Notes: generated from the sequence alone by a model not told the origin. DNA of 64,000 bases from an uncultured Dehalococcoidales bacterium (GCA_964386535.1 CAYLRY010000003.1:39210-103209); one strand, 5' to 3'. Positions 1 through 9,610 are shown, counted from the stretch's first letter. Numbers and translations are program-made.

Positions 1-1
1 T

Positions 2-775
2 TTCAATGAAGAAGCCCGGCGGGTCATTCTGGAAAATACTGCTTCAGCCGGAGAAACCGGGGGTTTTGACTGGATGCATATTAATTCCATTTCCTATCTG
101 GGACCCAATAAATGGTTTGATAAGGGTGATTTTCGTTTCCATCCGGAAAACATTATCTGGAGCGGCAGACAGACGAATATCATAGCCATAATTGATAAAA
201 AGACCGGAAATTTAGTCTGGCGGCTGGGACCTGACTACACGGGTACCCAGGAGATAGAGAAGCTGGGCTGGATCATCGGACAGCACCACCCCCACATGAT
301 ACCTCAAGGTCTGCCGGGTGAAGGCAATATTCTGGTCTTTGATAATGGGGGCAGCGGCGGCTATGGCCCGGCTAATCCAGGGGCTCCCAACGGTGTTAAT
401 AATGCCATCCGGGACTACTCCAGAGTAGTGGAGTTCAACCCTTTGACCCTGGAGATAGTCTGGCAATACCCACCTGGTGATAAGACAGGTTTTAATCCTA
501 TGCGCTTTTTAAACCTATACAGCCGGTTCATCAGCTCCGCACAGCGCCTGCCAAACGGCAATACACTAATTACCGAGGGTGGCTGCGGCAGGCTATTGGA
601 AGTAACACCGGCTCATGAAATCGTATGGGAGTATATAAGCCCCTACAAGGGCACCAGGAGGCCTGCCAACAACATCTACCGGGCTTACCGTGTGCCTTAT
701 TTCTGGGCGCCTCAGGTGAAAAGACCTGAAGAAAGGGCGGTACGGCCCCCTGATAATAGCGAGTTCAGGGTTTAA
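2..775 (+). CDS. Aryl-sulfate sulfotransferase (ASST)-family beta-propeller protein, 5'-truncated by window edge
   Basis: Frame is open from base 2 (FNEEARRVILENT...FDWMHINSI). Motifs HINS, GQHHPH, ILVFDNG, YSRVVE and ISSAQRLPNGNTLITEG are typical of ASST-like proteins. Confidence 0.75.
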   Translation, partial: FNEEARRVILENTASAGETGGFDWMHINSISYLGPNKWFDKGDFRFHPENIIWSGRQTNIIAIIDKKTGNLVWRLGPDYTGTQEIEKLGWIIGQHHPHMIPQGLPGEGNILVFDNGGSGGYGPANPGAPNGVNNAIRDYSRVVEFNPLTLEIVWQYPPGDKTGFNPMRFLNLYSRFISSAQRLPNGNTLITEGGCGRLLEVTPAHEIVWEYISPYKGTRRPANNIYRAYRVPYFWAPQVKRPEERAVRPPDNSEFRV

Positions 776-1008
776 ACACCTGCATTTTTCCATTACCGGA
801 TTGTAGCGGGCGGTTTTTAAAATAAAAAAATCAGCCCTTCTATCCCGATAATATTTCCGTGATAAAACCTGTCAAATCGGCTTCTGTTTTAGTTGCTATA
901 TGATCAGCAGAACACCCGCTAAATAGTACTATCAGGCCTGACCATAATAAGAGCTAAATTTCATAGCGGTCTTTCAGTCTTTTACTTGAACGGATAAGCG
1001 CGTAAGCC

Positions 1009-1103
1009 TGGCGGGAGTGCATAGGAGTCGAACCTACCAGAGACACTGAGTGCCCCCCAACGGATTTGAAGTCCGCGAAGTCCACCGGGACTTATCCACC
1101 CCC
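1009..1103 (-). tRNA. selC: tRNA-Sec (anticodon UCA)
   Basis: The 95-nt reverse complement folds with a 6-bp D stem and CGGU loop, anticodon loop CUUCAAA, long variable arm, T loop UUCGACU, G discriminator and encoded CCA. Confidence 0.95.
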
Positions 1104-1434
1104 ACACTTATTAAGCATATCTTATACCTTATAGTTAAGCAAGAAAAAATTTTAACCCGGTTCCGCCATCTGATCTGTCCGGCTCTAATGGATTATGCCT
1201 GGTTGCCTTTCCAGCCTTTTGTTGCGAAGACAAGCAACTGGCCATCCCTCCCCCCTGGCCTTAATTAAAAGCGTGTTTTGGGGATTATGCGTGGAAAAAC
1301 CAAAAAACCGTAAAGGTGTTATCAGTTTCTTTTTCCTTTATCCAGGTCTGGTATTGCGTATTCCTTCTTGATGTTTATGTATTATTAATCAAACCGGGGA
1401 CGAGAATGCCTGTCCCCGGTCAATTTAAGCATAA

Positions 1435-1731
1435 CTAGATTTGATGTATCTCTCCGGTGGACTTGTTCTTCCAGTAAGGCCTGGATTGGAGAGGCCAGTT
1501 GAAAGAGATAGCTCCAGGACGGGGACAATCATTAACACAGCAGCCGCAATACCAGCATTCATCCGGATGCAGGATCATGGGGGGCTTACCCTTCTGGGGA
1601 TTGGGGATATAAACATCGACCTGGCAGACTTCAACACAATGATTGCAGCCATTGCAGATATCTGGATAAAAAGTGACCGGCTTGTTGGGCGTAGTCACAT
1701 TAGGCATAGCGATGACTTTATTCTGAGCCAT
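1435..1731 (-). CDS. 2x[4Fe-4S] ferredoxin, AprB-like partner of the adjacent flavoprotein
   Basis: CNGCNHCVEVC and CWYCGCCVNDCP motifs; lies directly downstream of the flavoprotein gene. Confidence 0.85.
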   Translation of the reverse strand: MAQNKVIAMPNVTTPNKPVTFYPDICNGCNHCVEVCQVDVYIPNPQKGKPPMILHPDECWYCGCCVNDCPRPGAISFNWPLQSRPYWKNKSTGEIHQI

Positions 1732-1764
1732 ATATTCCTCCGCTAATATATTTAGTTTAGTATT

Positions 1765-3717
1765 TTATTTACCTTTATATACCCCTGTATAGTCTTTGTT
1801 TCGGGACTCATAGTTCTTTTTCATATCGCCCCAGAAGTTAATGGGCAGTTCGCCGGGTTTAACTTTGCCGTTCTCCAGTTTGATGGTTATGAACTTATGC
1901 CATTCCGGCGGGTCCATAGCCGGGAAATCTATTCTCATAAATCCCAGCGGCATACTGGAAGCCTTACGGGCCAGAGAAGCATGAATAATGATCTGGGCAT
2001 AGGTAAGCATGCTGATGTCTTCCATGGTGCGCATCAACTTATGGGGATCCAGCGCATATAGCAGGGGAACTGATTCGGCTTCGATTTTCTGGAGCGTACC
2101 CAGCCCCATCTTGAGCAAATTCTCGGTCTTGTATTCAGAACAATAATACTGCATGGCGCGGGCAAAGCCAGCATGCAGCTCTTTCCATTCCATACCTTCA
2201 GAACGTTTAATAGGGGCATAGACCCTGGCTTTTTCCTTATCGATCTGTTCCCTGGAGATTTTACCTTCCTGGACCTCTTTGGCATAAGCCACAGCTTTCC
2301 GCCCGGCGTAACGGCCGGTAGCTGCGCAAAAGGAATGGTCCTCGGCATTGAACATTTGGCTTCCAGCAGCATAAAGGCCGTCAACAGTGGTCTTGAGGTC
2401 CCAGTCAATTATCAGGCCTCCCCGGTTTTCTCTCCACTGTGGCGGGCTGTTGCCTTCAATGAATTTATAGCTCTGTTGAAGGTCCCTGGCAGGATCAAAA
2501 CCGGCTTTGTTGAAGGTATCGATGATTATTTTAGTCGTGGCTTCTTCGCCGAGCATAAGGTTCCAGGTCGCCCTTCTCTCTACATCGGACATGGACGGCC
2601 AGTCACCATATATCGGCAGGGCGTATTTTCCGTTGAGGATGCCTTCAAGTACAGCTTTTTCGGCAGTCATGTCACCCATCGTACCGGCATCTACCCAGCC
2701 CTGGATGGGCAGGGGCAGCCGCTTGCCGTTGGCATCCACCAGAGGCACGTTTTCATAGGAAGCATCGCCGGCTCCGGTATACCACTTGTGTTTGAATCCA
2801 CCGGCAATACGGGTGACAGAGCTGGCTTCAGCACCGGTGATAGTAGCCCCGGCAAACCAGGCCATCACATTACCATCCGCCGAACCGGTACGGGAATACA
2901 TGGTGGATATACCGGCCAGCTCAGTGTTCATATTCCAGATTGAACCATTACCGGCAGTGGCCAGAATGGTGGCTTTAGCTTTAAAAATCATAAATTCGCC
3001 GGTGCGGTTGTTGAAGCCCACAGCGCCGACTACGCGAGCGCCCGGAACGCCGTTCTCATTCAGAAGGCGGGTAACCATGATACGGTCAAAAATATTTACT
3101 CCCAGCCTTTTGCATTCCTTTTTAAGGACCGGCTTGAAGGTGGTACCCCAGATCCGGAGCACTACATTATTGCGGTGGTTTTCAGGATCAGGATTACTTT
3201 TCAGGGGTTTGCGCTGGCTTTTCTCCGGCGGAGGAGCATAGCTGTGAACAATGCCGTAGCGGGGGGAGAGCATTAATTTGGTCTTGGGATCTCGTCCCTG
3301 GGCGCCCACATATTCATCCCCGGTATCGCGGATTTTTCCCCCCATCTGCTCCATTTCCAGGAGGGTATCCCAGTCCTCACGGTTCTGGATCTGAAGCCCG
3401 ATGCCGTTACAATAAGGACGATCAGCCATATGCTGAGCCCATTCATCAGGATCGACATTAGATAGCGGATTTGCCGGCACATTGCACCAGTGGTCACAGC
3501 CGGGACCGCCGGCGCCGGAACGGATTACATCGCCTTTCTCAGCCAGAACTACCTTCAGGCCGGAGCGGGCGGCGCTGATGGCTGCCCAGCAGCCGGCAAT
3601 GCCGCCGCCGATGACCAGGATATCACTGGAAATCTCCTGTTCCTGATCATAGCGGATGGGATAAGGCCAATCCGGAGCGTGTCCCTGTTCTTTCAGGTAA
3701 TCATGCCAGTTAGTCAA
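1765..3717 (-). CDS. FAD-dependent oxidoreductase, AprA/SdhA/FrdA flavoprotein superfamily
   Basis: DILVIGGGIAG FAD-binding motif, RSGAGG, ILATAG, TTVDGLYAAG, C-terminal ARKAS..FMRIDFP. Confidence 0.85.
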   Translation of the reverse strand: MTNWHDYLKEQGHAPDWPYPIRYDQEQEISSDILVIGGGIAGCWAAISAARSGLKVVLAEKGDVIRSGAGGPGCDHWCNVPANPLSNVDPDEWAQHMADRPYCNGIGLQIQNREDWDTLLEMEQMGGKIRDTGDEYVGAQGRDPKTKLMLSPRYGIVHSYAPPPEKSQRKPLKSNPDPENHRNNVVLRIWGTTFKPVLKKECKRLGVNIFDRIMVTRLLNENGVPGARVVGAVGFNNRTGEFMIFKAKATILATAGNGSIWNMNTELAGISTMYSRTGSADGNVMAWFAGATITGAEASSVTRIAGGFKHKWYTGAGDASYENVPLVDANGKRLPLPIQGWVDAGTMGDMTAEKAVLEGILNGKYALPIYGDWPSMSDVERRATWNLMLGEEATTKIIIDTFNKAGFDPARDLQQSYKFIEGNSPPQWRENRGGLIIDWDLKTTVDGLYAAGSQMFNAEDHSFCAATGRYAGRKAVAYAKEVQEGKISREQIDKEKARVYAPIKRSEGMEWKELHAGFARAMQYYCSEYKTENLLKMGLGTLQKIEAESVPLLYALDPHKLMRTMEDISMLTYAQIIIHASLARKASSMPLGFMRIDFPAMDPPEWHKFITIKLENGKVKPGELPINFWGDMKKNYESRNKDYTGVYKGK

Positions 3718-4083
3718 TTTTTGTCCTCCTTAATAAATATTTCTTAAAAACCGATAATATCTATTTTTTAATATTCCAGATTTTAACAATGGTCACCGCT
3801 GTATTCTGAATTTTAACGTAAACGTTTTACCTTAGCAAACTATCGAATATGGATGAGGCTTACCCCGGAGTCCATCTCCATCCATTTGAAAGCATACCCC
3901 CTGGCAATATTGATAAATGAAACGTAAACGAAAGGCCAATTTATATTGAATATTATTTAGAAAAGGCTGGTTTATACATCAAACCAGGTGCAAACCGGTG
4001 CCTGTATTGCGTATTTTCTGAAGGGGGTGTAAAATCAGCATTATCAAAAAAGCTTCCAAATTTTTATATTGCGGAGGTTTACT

Positions 4084-4851
4084 ATGTGGAATCAATTTAA
4101 AACCGATGAGTATCAAGGTATGCTTGCGGAGACAGTGAACCTGGCTGGCTATAACGGTGATCTGATACACGCCTATTTTTCCCGGCCGCTTGGGAAAGGG
4201 CCTTTCCCCGGGGTAGTATTGATTCCGCATATGCCCGGGTGGGATGAGTTTTATCGTGAAACCACCCGCCGATTCTCACAACACGGATATGCTGCTATTT
4301 GCCCCGATATATATTGTCGGTTCGGACATGGGACACCTGATGAAATATCAGCCAAAGTCCGTGCCGCGGGAGGTGTTGCCGACGCAAGTGTTTTGGGAGA
4401 CTGTGAAGGAGCTCTGAAATTCCTTAAAGCTTTACCTTATTCCAATCAGAGGGTCGGCATAATCGGTACCTGCTCTGGAGGACGCCATTCTTTTCTGGCC
4501 GCCTGCCGTATTAGCGGAATCAATGCCGCAGTGGATTGCTGGGGTGGCCGCATATTCGCCACCAGAGAAGAGTTAACTCCTGCTAACCCCGTTGCCCCTA
4601 TTGACTATGCCGAAAAATTAGCCTGCCCTCTCCTAGGCTTGTTCGGCAATGAAGACAAATCACCCTCGCCGGAGCAGGTTGACCGGCAGGAAGAAGTACT
4701 TAAAAAATATGGGAAGAACTATAAATTCTACCGTTATGATGGCGCCGGCCACGGTTTCTGGTATTATCATTCACCCCTTTACCGGCCTGTGCAGGCGATG
4801 GATGCGTGGAACAAGGTCTTTGAGTTCTTCGGGGAACATCTGCGGAGCTAG
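4084..4851 (+). CDS. Dienelactone hydrolase family protein
   Basis: GTCSGG nucleophile motif, GLFGNED, YDGAGHGF; GGAGG Shine-Dalgarno before ATG 4084. Confidence 0.85.
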   Translation: MWNQFKTDEYQGMLAETVNLAGYNGDLIHAYFSRPLGKGPFPGVVLIPHMPGWDEFYRETTRRFSQHGYAAICPDIYCRFGHGTPDEISAKVRAAGGVADASVLGDCEGALKFLKALPYSNQRVGIIGTCSGGRHSFLAACRISGINAAVDCWGGRIFATREELTPANPVAPIDYAEKLACPLLGLFGNEDKSPSPEQVDRQEEVLKKYGKNYKFYRYDGAGHGFWYYHSPLYRPVQAMDAWNKVFEFFGEHLRS

Positions 4852-5132
4852 GCTGTGAAAAGGATACAAGTTGCCGTTTGATACTGTAAAACTTGAATCT
4901 GGTTTTCAGTAATTCACTTTAGATAGCACAGGAGTGCAAAGCATCAAGGACTATTTTTAACAACATGATATTGTTGAGTGGTCTATTCCACTAGAATCCT
5001 TAATCCTGGCTTGCAGCCAGCACCACAAAGAAAGAAAATGGTCACTTTTAAAGCTATGCCATTTGTAACGGCACGGCATAGCGTGCTCACGTCACCGAGG
5101 TATGACGCTATTTTCGAGGTAAGGATAACCAA

Positions 5133-6419
5133 GTGCCGGAAGATAATCCAGGAACATTAATCCAGGGGAGAGAACCTTTTGTTATTATGGCCAAACCGGT
5201 AGGTCCGGTATGTAACTTGAAATGTAATTACTGCTATTACCTGGAAACCGCTCAACTATATACTCTACCACATCAGTTTAGAATGCCGGATGATTTACTG
5301 GAGACTTTCATCCGGCAATACATAACAGCCAGCCCGGGACCCGAAGTATTATTTGTCTGGCACGGCGGTGAACCAACCCTGGCCGGGATCGATTTTTACC
5401 GGCGTGCTGTAGAGCTGCAAAAACAATACCTCCCTGAGGGATGGAGTTGCTGGAACAACCTCCAGACAAATGGCCTTCTTTTAGACGAGGAGTGGTGCGC
5501 ATTTCTGGCAGATTCTCACTTTGATGTAGGGCTTAGCATAGATGGTACGCAAAGGCTGCATGATGCTTTTCGTAAAGATCTAACTGGTAACGGTACTTAT
5601 GAACAGGTAGTTGCAGTTGTCCACCGTTTACAGTCTCGAGGTATCCAGCCTGATCTACTTTGCGTAGTGACGGCCGTTGCGGCTGAGGAACCTGTTGGAA
5701 TTTACCGAGCATTGAGAGACCTGAATACCGGATGGATCCAGTTTATACCCTTAGTACGGCGTTTGCCCGGCGGACATATATCAGAGGAAACTATAACAGG
5801 TGAGGCATATGGAAATTTCCTGAGCAGAGTTTTCGATGACTGGCTCTACCACGACTTCGGGAAGATAAACATACAGTTCTTTGCGGAGATGATGCTGGTA
5901 TGGTCAGGGGGTACTGCCAGTGTCTGCTGGATGGCACCCACTTGCGGACGCGTGTTAATTGTTGAACATGATGGCAGCGTCTATTCCTGTGATCACTTTG
6001 TTAATCCTGAGCACCGCATCGGAGAACTGGGAACATCTTCTTTAAGCGAACTGGTTAATTCACCTGCACAGCAGCGTTTTGGCAATGATAAAAGAGACAA
6101 GCTTCCGGCGGTTTGTCGCTCCTGTCGCTGGCTTGAGGTGTGCCGTGGAGGATGTCCCAAAGACCGCTTCGCCCTGGCTGTGGATGGCCAACCCGGCCTT
6201 AACTACCTCTGCGGCGGTCTGAGACAATTCTACGCCCATGCGGAAAAGCCGTTGAGAAAAGTCGTAGAACGCATGAAACAAGGGCTCACTTCAGAGGCGA
6301 TAAGGGCAGAATTGCGCAAGGAATCCTTATCCCGCTGGAAAGGCATCGGACGAAACGATCCATGCCCCTGCGGAAGCGGTCGTAAAGCCAAAAATTGTTG
6401 CTGGTTTCAACGGCCGTGA
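5133..6419 (+). CDS. Anaerobic sulfatase maturase (radical SAM, SPASM domain, C-terminal SEC-C motif)
   Basis: AKPVGPVCNLKCNYCYY, WHGGEPTL, VYSCDHF, CRSC...CRGGCPK, GRNDPCPCGSGRKAKNCC. Confidence 0.9.
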   Translation: MPEDNPGTLIQGREPFVIMAKPVGPVCNLKCNYCYYLETAQLYTLPHQFRMPDDLLETFIRQYITASPGPEVLFVWHGGEPTLAGIDFYRRAVELQKQYLPEGWSCWNNLQTNGLLLDEEWCAFLADSHFDVGLSIDGTQRLHDAFRKDLTGNGTYEQVVAVVHRLQSRGIQPDLLCVVTAVAAEEPVGIYRALRDLNTGWIQFIPLVRRLPGGHISEETITGEAYGNFLSRVFDDWLYHDFGKINIQFFAEMMLVWSGGTASVCWMAPTCGRVLIVEHDGSVYSCDHFVNPEHRIGELGTSSLSELVNSPAQQRFGNDKRDKLPAVCRSCRWLEVCRGGCPKDRFALAVDGQPGLNYLCGGLRQFYAHAEKPLRKVVERMKQGLTSEAIRAELRKESLSRWKGIGRNDPCPCGSGRKAKNCCWFQRP

Positions 6420-6511
6420 GAGACCCTTCAAATTACGATATTGCTGCGTGAAAATCGCAATTCCTCCGGAGCGGATTTACCTATGCTTTTCCTAATTTTT
6501 ATATTATTTAT

Positions 6512-7567
6512 TCAAATCTGAAATACCGCAGGACTACCAGAGGAAATTGCGTAATAGTTTCCCCATCTGGGATGTCTCTGTGCTGCCATGGATATCAGGC
6601 CGCTTAAAAAATTATCATAAGAATAACCTGCGTATTCCGCAGCAGCTATCGTGCTGGTATCCGGACAGATATCGGCATTCGGATTTACGTCCAGTATATA
6701 AAATAAACCATCTCTCATCCGGATATCTATCCGTGCATAATCCCGGCAGCCGGATATATAATAAGCGCTTTTACACACGTTTTCCAGGTCGCTCAGTTCG
6801 CTTTTATTAAGAGGCGCCGGTAAAACGGTTTTGATCTGTTTATATTGCTCTGATTCCGGAACAAACTTGGATTCATATGTACACAGCCGGTCCTGCCCTT
6901 TCTCAAATAATGAAAATTCCATCTCCGCGGGCGGCAGCATTTCAATCTTGCCATTGCCCCAGAGTGATACATGCAATTCACGTCCGTCAATAAAATCTTC
7001 TACCAGGGCGGGGTGCTGAAACCTTTTAATCACATAGCGGATCCTGGTTTTCAGCGTTTCTTCATATAAAACTACTGCGTTACGGTGGATCCCTTCACTG
7101 CTGTGTTCTCTGGAGGGCTTGACTATGGCCGGAAAACGCCTCCACATAATGGGATAACCTTTCTCATAGACGTCCCATTTGGGGGTCAGAATGCCGGCTT
7201 CATCCAGAAGTTGTTTGACCCGGCATTTGTCCTGGGTTAAGGCCAATGTGGCCGAACTGGCGCCTGTAAAGGTAAATCCGTGTTCTTCTAGATATTTTAC
7301 TAAAAGCCATTCACTGTGTGGTAACCCGGGTATATTGTCACACCAGTTGAAAATTACGTAATCAAGCGGATCGTAATCTGACATAATGCTGTCAATATCG
7401 TCATTGACTACAGGAACCAGCGTCGTTGGATTTCCTGCTTTCTCGAGTGCATACCTTGCTTGTGAGGTTACCTTAAGTACCTCGAGCTGTTCATCCTCCG
7501 ACCACTGTGGATCAAGGGTAAACAGGATTATGACGGGAATTTCGAATATGCGCATTTCTACTCCCAT
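6512..7567 (-). CDS. Ddl-like ATP-grasp ligase of unknown substrate
   Basis: IVKPSREHSSEGI, LVEDFIDGRE, CRDYARIDIR and LDVNPN ATP-grasp motifs. Lacks the GGxSxE and HGxxGEDG motifs of canonical D-Ala-D-Ala ligases. Confidence 0.8.
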   Translation of the reverse strand: MGVEMRIFEIPVIILFTLDPQWSEDEQLEVLKVTSQARYALEKAGNPTTLVPVVNDDIDSIMSDYDPLDYVIFNWCDNIPGLPHSEWLLVKYLEEHGFTFTGASSATLALTQDKCRVKQLLDEAGILTPKWDVYEKGYPIMWRRFPAIVKPSREHSSEGIHRNAVVLYEETLKTRIRYVIKRFQHPALVEDFIDGRELHVSLWGNGKIEMLPPAEMEFSLFEKGQDRLCTYESKFVPESEQYKQIKTVLPAPLNKSELSDLENVCKSAYYISGCRDYARIDIRMRDGLFYILDVNPNADICPDTSTIAAAEYAGYSYDNFLSGLISMAAQRHPRWGNYYAISSGSPAVFQI

Positions 7568-8009
7568 TTTGGATTTCCAAGTTCCATATTTCTCCTTATC
7601 AAAGTCAGGCGAAGTAAAAAAACCCGCCGGACCGAATATTCTTCCGTAGTGACAGCAGTAACAATAAATAACCTGGAATTGTGGTTAGCAGGCGATTTTC
7701 AGATAGGCTGGATACATTTTTATTATAACCTGCATGGCTTCGATTATTCAATTATTTTTGATTAAATTTTCAGTAAAAAACGACCGAATTTGAGATTGAT
7801 TTTTAGAGGCAGGCAGGCACACTTACTGGGATCCATTCCGAAATATGGTATAATTATTAAGTTGGATATTATGTTTAAAATCAAAATAGATCAATTACCT
7901 GTCTGGGAGATGCCGCGGCCGACCATTCCAAATGGTTAAAACAATCAAAGCCCCTATCGACTGCTGATATCCAGGGACAAATGGTAAACAAGGAGAAAAA
8001 TAGGATTTT

Positions 8010-8705
8010 ATGGAGTCCGATGATTCATCAGGTAGTGAAAAACTGCAAACGCTTTTATCCCGAAAAATCAATGAATTGCCTCTCAAAATCAAATCCACAC
8101 ACCTTGAAGAGCTGATTTCCCAGCTCTACAGAGAGTTGGATACGGCGGGAATTGACTTTAAGCCGCCAACCTACCTCTCTGATATCTGGGGTTGCCCAAA
8201 TGAAGTTCCCACCATTGGTATTCCATTTTACCTTGCTGACTCGTTTCTGAGGAAAATACATGCCCACCTTACCAGGGCGGAAGATGAAGATGATCTGACC
8301 ATTCTGAAGATTCTCAGGCACGAAGCCGGACATGCCTTTAATTATGCCTACCGCCTTTTTGATTATCCTGAATGGCAGAGCCTTTTCGGCTGCTTTTCAC
8401 TGCCTTACCGGGATGATTATACACCGGATCCTTTCAGTATACGGTTCGTCAGTCATATCCCGGGATGCTATGCCCAGAAACACCCGGATGATGATTTTGC
8501 GGAAACCTTCGCCGTTTGGCTGACCCCCTTTTCTAACTGGCAGATGATTTATGCACATACGCCGGCTTTAAACAAATTGCTCTATGTTAACCGGATGGTC
8601 TCCATCTTTGGCCATAAAGTACCGGTTATTACCGGAGGAAGGCTGGACGTGCCCTATGAAGAAATGCATATTACTCTGGGTGAATGGTATCAGACAGCCT
8701 CCTGA
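8010..8705 (+). CDS. Putative zinc-binding metallopeptidase (HEXXH)
   Basis: IGIPFYLA, ILRHEAGHAFNY, YAQKHPDDDFAETFAVWLTP. Confidence 0.8.
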   Translation: MESDDSSGSEKLQTLLSRKINELPLKIKSTHLEELISQLYRELDTAGIDFKPPTYLSDIWGCPNEVPTIGIPFYLADSFLRKIHAHLTRAEDEDDLTILKILRHEAGHAFNYAYRLFDYPEWQSLFGCFSLPYRDDYTPDPFSIRFVSHIPGCYAQKHPDDDFAETFAVWLTPFSNWQMIYAHTPALNKLLYVNRMVSIFGHKVPVITGGRLDVPYEEMHITLGEWYQTAS

Positions 8706-8942
8706 AACGGGGACTGAAGATCTAATTTTAGAAGAACAGAAGAGCTAAATTATTACTGCTCAAGAATAATACAAAAGCATTCCCTTTTAAGGGACTTGCT
8801 ATTATAAAAATATTCTAATATGGAGCCGTGTTAAACCAAATATCGCTTTATATGAGGTTAGTAGCGATTTTAGGACGCCTTTATCCATCAAATAGTTTTT
8901 CAACTATCTCTAAAAGCAGTCTGATTTACAAGTATATAATCT

Positions 8943-9269
8943 CTAACTAGTATTCAATTGGGCGATTCGCTTTAGGGCTGGCGCCATGATGGTAGCCAGC
9001 ATCTTACTGGCGATGCGTAACAATATTTGACCACTGTGGCTTACCACTTTGCCTGTCATGGTGAAGATGGCAAACTCAAGCTGTTTGGGATGAGCATTAG
9101 CATACTCTTCCGGCAAGGCGGCCTTCTTAAGCAACTCGTGCAGGTTATGGGTGATTACCTGCAGTCTTAGCCAGGCGTTGGTTCCATACTTGGCACGGGG
9201 GAATCTCCCTCCCGCCAGTTCATTAGTCAAAATATCATGTATCTGCTCGTTTGTCCTGCCGGAACATTT
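8943..9269 (-). mobile_element. IS1380-family transposase remnant (C-terminal fragment)
   Basis: EQIHDILTNELAGGRFP..KYGTNAWL..ITHNL matches the DDE C-terminus of IS1380-like transposases. An in-frame stop lies just upstream and there is no N-terminal part. Confidence 0.7.
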
Positions 9270-9280
9270 CTGTTAATATT

Positions 9281-9310
9281 TTATTGGATCATGAAATATT
9301 AATCCAATAA
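9281..9310 (+). promoter_or_regulatory. Inverted repeat, likely autoregulatory operator of the TA pair
   Basis: TTATTGGAT-N12-ATCCAATAA immediately before the GGAGG RBS of the antitoxin. Confidence 0.55.
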
Positions 9311-9323
9311 TGGAGGACAATTA

Positions 9324-9608
9324 ATGAGTACGCTGACGAAGCTGACCAGCGGCGGACAGGTAACTCTGCCTAAAGAAATCAGGATGAAAATTAATATGCA
9401 GCCTGGCGATTTCGTGGAGGTCAACCTTGACGAGGAAGGGCATATAATATTAACTCCTAAAAAGCTCATTGACGCCAGCCAGGCCTACTTCTGGACTGAA
9501 GAATGGCAGGAAGGGGAACGCAAGGCCGACGAGGACATTAAAGCTGGCCGGGTGAAAAAGTTCAGGTCAGCCGCTGATGCGGTAAAGTATCTTGAGGACA
9601 AAGAATAG
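9324..9608 (+). CDS. AbrB/MazE/SpoVT-family antitoxin
   Basis: TKLTSGGQVTLPKEIR..INMQPGDFVEV N-terminus; acidic C-terminal FWTEEWQEGE. Confidence 0.85.
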   Translation: MSTLTKLTSGGQVTLPKEIRMKINMQPGDFVEVNLDEEGHIILTPKKLIDASQAYFWTEEWQEGERKADEDIKAGRVKKFRSAADAVKYLEDKE

Positions 9609-9610
9609 CT

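Noticed and set aside
1050-1268. 72-aa ORF overlapping selC
   Set aside because: Antisense to tRNA-Sec, with no RBS or recognisable motif.
1441-3747. Several + and - ORFs overlapping the ferredoxin and flavoprotein (e.g. 1441..1746, 2173..2943, 2786..3241)
   Set aside because: Shadow frames of well-supported genes. The same reasoning was applied to the many other nested ORFs in the track.
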